Source: Zygnema circumcarinatum SAG 698-1b
Taxonomy: Eukaryota; Plantae; Zygnematophyceae
Direction of reading: 5' to 3'
DNA: 64,000 nucleotides
Assembly (NCBI GenBank): GCA_037447605.1
Contig: CM074813.1
Coordinates: forward strand, 1,116,001-1,180,000
The notes beneath the pieces are model-generated. The model was not told where the DNA came from and did no database searches. It saw only the letters and a program-made list of their open reading frames with translations. Positions 61,301 through 64,000 of the stretch are shown piece by piece (position 1 is the stretch's first letter; every line of letters begins with the position of its first letter). The position numbers were made by a program, and so were the translations under genes.

Positions 61301-63731
61301 ACCATTCAAAGCAACAATAAACGGAACTGAAAAGGAACAGAACAATTACCTTGTCCTCCCATAGAACGGGATGTGTCTTGAGACCCAAATTGAGTGTGAG
61401 GGCTGTGAGCCCGCAGGTAAATTTTTTTACAGCTGCCCGACCTGCCCAGGTCGGTTCCTTTTCGTCCAGTAGTACTACCACGGGTTCGTTATATCCATGT
61501 AAGTACGTTAAATCTCTAACATGTTTAACTCCATGAGTTTTCAAATCGACCACATAGGACCCCTCCACACGTGCCGTTGGAACACCGCCACCTGGTCCAA
61601 TCAAAAAGTCGTCGTCTCCTATCCCGTACCCAAGCTGCCAACCACGTCACAGCCTGATTGAAATTAATTTGCGACAATCACCATCAGCAACTCGCAAAGG
61701 TGAAAACTTATGTTGATGAGCCTGCAAAGTTGAGTAAGAACGTTTTTTATTGATTAAACACTAGGAGGAAAGAAACAGAGAGGGAGACAGGAAGGGGAAG
61801 GGAGGCCACAAGTACTACTGAAAGGAAGGAAAACGGAGGGAATGCGTCAGGGAAAAGTAAACGAAGGTAGAGAGGAACAGCACAAGCGAAAGAGGTGGGG
61901 GGGGAGGGGGAGGCAGAGGGGGACGGGGAGGGAGAGGGGAGGGGGAAAACCTGAGCAGCTTTAAGGAGCACCATCTGAGAGTGGAAGAGAAGCACGGCTG
62001 CACATCGGCCCAAGGGATCTGCCCGAACCATGGGGCCCCGCGGGAACGTCATTCGTCCTCCCCTCAGATGGGCCCACTTTGGACCTTCCATGGCATGGAG
62101 AGAACTGCATAGTGCAGCGTTCTACAGTGAGATTCCAATTTAGTTGCAGAGAGCTTGTACGCATGGGTGCGCGCACGGAGATAACTCAGAGATTGATTTG
62201 CAGAAGGTTGTTAGCGGAGCTGTAAGCAGTGAAATGTATTGATGTTGTTGGTTTTCGGTTTGAAGGTTTGGTCTCACTGACATGGAGAGATCTCGGTATC
62301 AAGGAAAGAGAGAGGAAAGCCACTTACCTCGCCTTTAATGAGTGCGTGGTATCATCAAATTCTAAAACCGAAAACTTTGCTTCACGAAATGTGAGGATTA
62401 TGGCATCACGTCGCTGCCGGCCATCGTCTCGGCGATGAGAAAGAACCGCCATACTTTCTACGTTCCCATGTAGTCTGCAGTTAGACCAACAAGACTACAC
62501 TGTTGGTTCAAGGTAGCTTTAAACTGAGTTAACTTCTCCTCAACAATTGGAAAAAAAAAAAAAAACATCGCCACAAAGGGTTAGGACAATATAGCGCTGA
62601 TTTTTGGCACTAATAGCATAATAAAGGTTTTTGAATTTATTTTCGGCAAAAGGCAAAAAACAAACACACATTCTCTCTCCTTCAACAACCTCTCGAAACG
62701 TTAGCTGAATATTGTGTGAAATTTCAATAGCTTTAACACGCACTTGTTGAGAGATAGCTTGTGGCCATTCTATTCTAAAACTCCTATATGAGCTCAGTGC
62801 CTATGCCCTCCGACCATGAATTTTTGAGGAAGAACGGTTTCATTACATTTTTTGAAAGAAAGTATTGTCCCTGCATTTTACTAAACTAAATCACCACTAT
62901 TAACACCGGTAAGAAAAAAATGCAATTTCCTTGAAGAACACACTCATTTCTTACTCCCATTATTTAATTACTAAACTATGTTAGTGTAATTTATGTTTTA
63001 GATCATGTGTGTGCAGATCATAAAACGAAAGAAGAGAAAGAGTGACGAAACGAGGAAGAGTAGTAAGCCAGGCAAGGCAGAGGAAGAATGAAGCAGAAGG
63101 GAGCGAGTCTGTAAAAGCGATAGAGAGTGACGGGAAAGTGGGGGGGGGAGGGGGAGAGAGAGAGAGGAAACGAGACCCACCGGTACTCACACGCAAGCTC
63201 AAGCCACGCTTTCGCGACTGACCCCATAACTTGCGCTCCGCCCTTTGACCCCTCCGACTGTACCCGTCCCTCTCCTTCTTCTCCCTCTGCTTCTTCTCCT
63301 CCTCGTCCTCTTCCTCCTGTACCCTCCTCAGCTCCGGAGCTGCTGTTCTCCCTGCCAGCTGTCGCTCCCACTGCAACCGTCCGGACATAGTAGACCTCCA
63401 GCACATTCGCTTTGGTTAAAATTAAATTCGGAAGCTGCTGCATTCTGGAAAGGGGGCTTCCTCCCTTTGCTGCTCCACGCAGGCTGTGGCCGTTGCCCAG
63501 CAAGGAGTCGGAAGGGTCGGAATCCAGCAGAGGAACGCCATTAGGGTTTCCATGTTCTGAGAGGGACTCCTGGGTTTCAAAGCTTTGAATATGCTTAGGA
63601 TTAGGGCTGAGAGATTGAAAGGCCCGCCCTCCCTCTGTGTCGAGGTCTGCGGGGCAGTGCGTGAGGTAAGCGGAGGCACAGCACTCAACGCCGGTTGGAG
63701 CGTGCACGACATTGAAGGCTGCAAAGCTCAT
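52395..63731 (-). CDS. CPSF1: Cleavage and polyadenylation specificity factor subunit 1 (CPSF160), 22 exons, 1,591 aa
   Basis: Exons 63731-63181, 62474-62328, 62104-61951, 61634-61350, 61205-60916, 60641-60470, 60243-60118, 59855-59646, 59373-59245, 59040-58946, 58522-58305, 58133-57181, 56722-56642, 56335-56270, 56010-55933, 55810-55577, 55413-55270, 54737-54570, 54272-54087, 53653-53408, 52942-52815 and 52509-52395 (4,776 nt, in frame). Motifs MSFAAFNVVHAPTGVE, LHGNVESMAVL, EPTWAGR, FLGSRLGDSLLVQY, GTAYVQGEDVACKGR, AGLNPHAFR and the C-terminus MATQFL* match plant CPSF160. Confidence 0.97.
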
Positions 63732-64000
63732 CTCTCTCTCTCGCTCTCCCTCTCGCTCTCTCCCTTCCTTTCACTCTCTCACTCTCGTTCCCCTTCCCCT
63801 CAGTGTACCACTCCCTCTCTCTCTCCTCCCGCACTCCCTCGCACCCCGTGCACGTGTCGCGTCACGCCCTTGGGCTTTCGAGCCGAGGCATCCAATGGCT
63901 ACTCGCCACGTGTAAACTACTTACACGTGGCGATTTATGATTGGTACGACTCACTCCGCGCACACCCGTCGGCTCTCGCGCCTCGCCTCGAGGTCGTCTC

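Overview
Intron-rich eukaryotic DNA with GT-AG introns, GA/CT-rich intron tracts and four 10-N gaps. The gene content is plant-like and fits a streptophyte green alga; Zygnematophyceae such as Closterium is an inference. I assembled gene models by hand from splice sites and reading phase. From left to right: SWC6/SEF (minus, 3' end outside the window); a mosaic of decayed gene fragments (ABCG, AP2-like, DDX11, RWD) with a LINE relic and MITEs; MIC10; a 1,254-aa WEB/DUF827-like coiled-coil protein ending in a CaaX motif; two tandem paralogous secreted multidomain papain-family proteases; and an intact 22-exon CPSF160/CPSF1 (minus). The protease pair is the main find. Both genes share an 11-exon papain(C1A)-EGF-EGF-LysMx4 cassette with identical intron positions and intact Cys/His/Asn catalytic residues, but carry different N-terminal recognition modules. 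Gene A has 14 hevein/CBM18 exons plus a Pro-rich stalk. Gene B has an extensin-like stalk plus LRRs and an EGF. A 2.3-kb perfect palindrome between them looks like an assembly fold-back through a MULE-type MITE.
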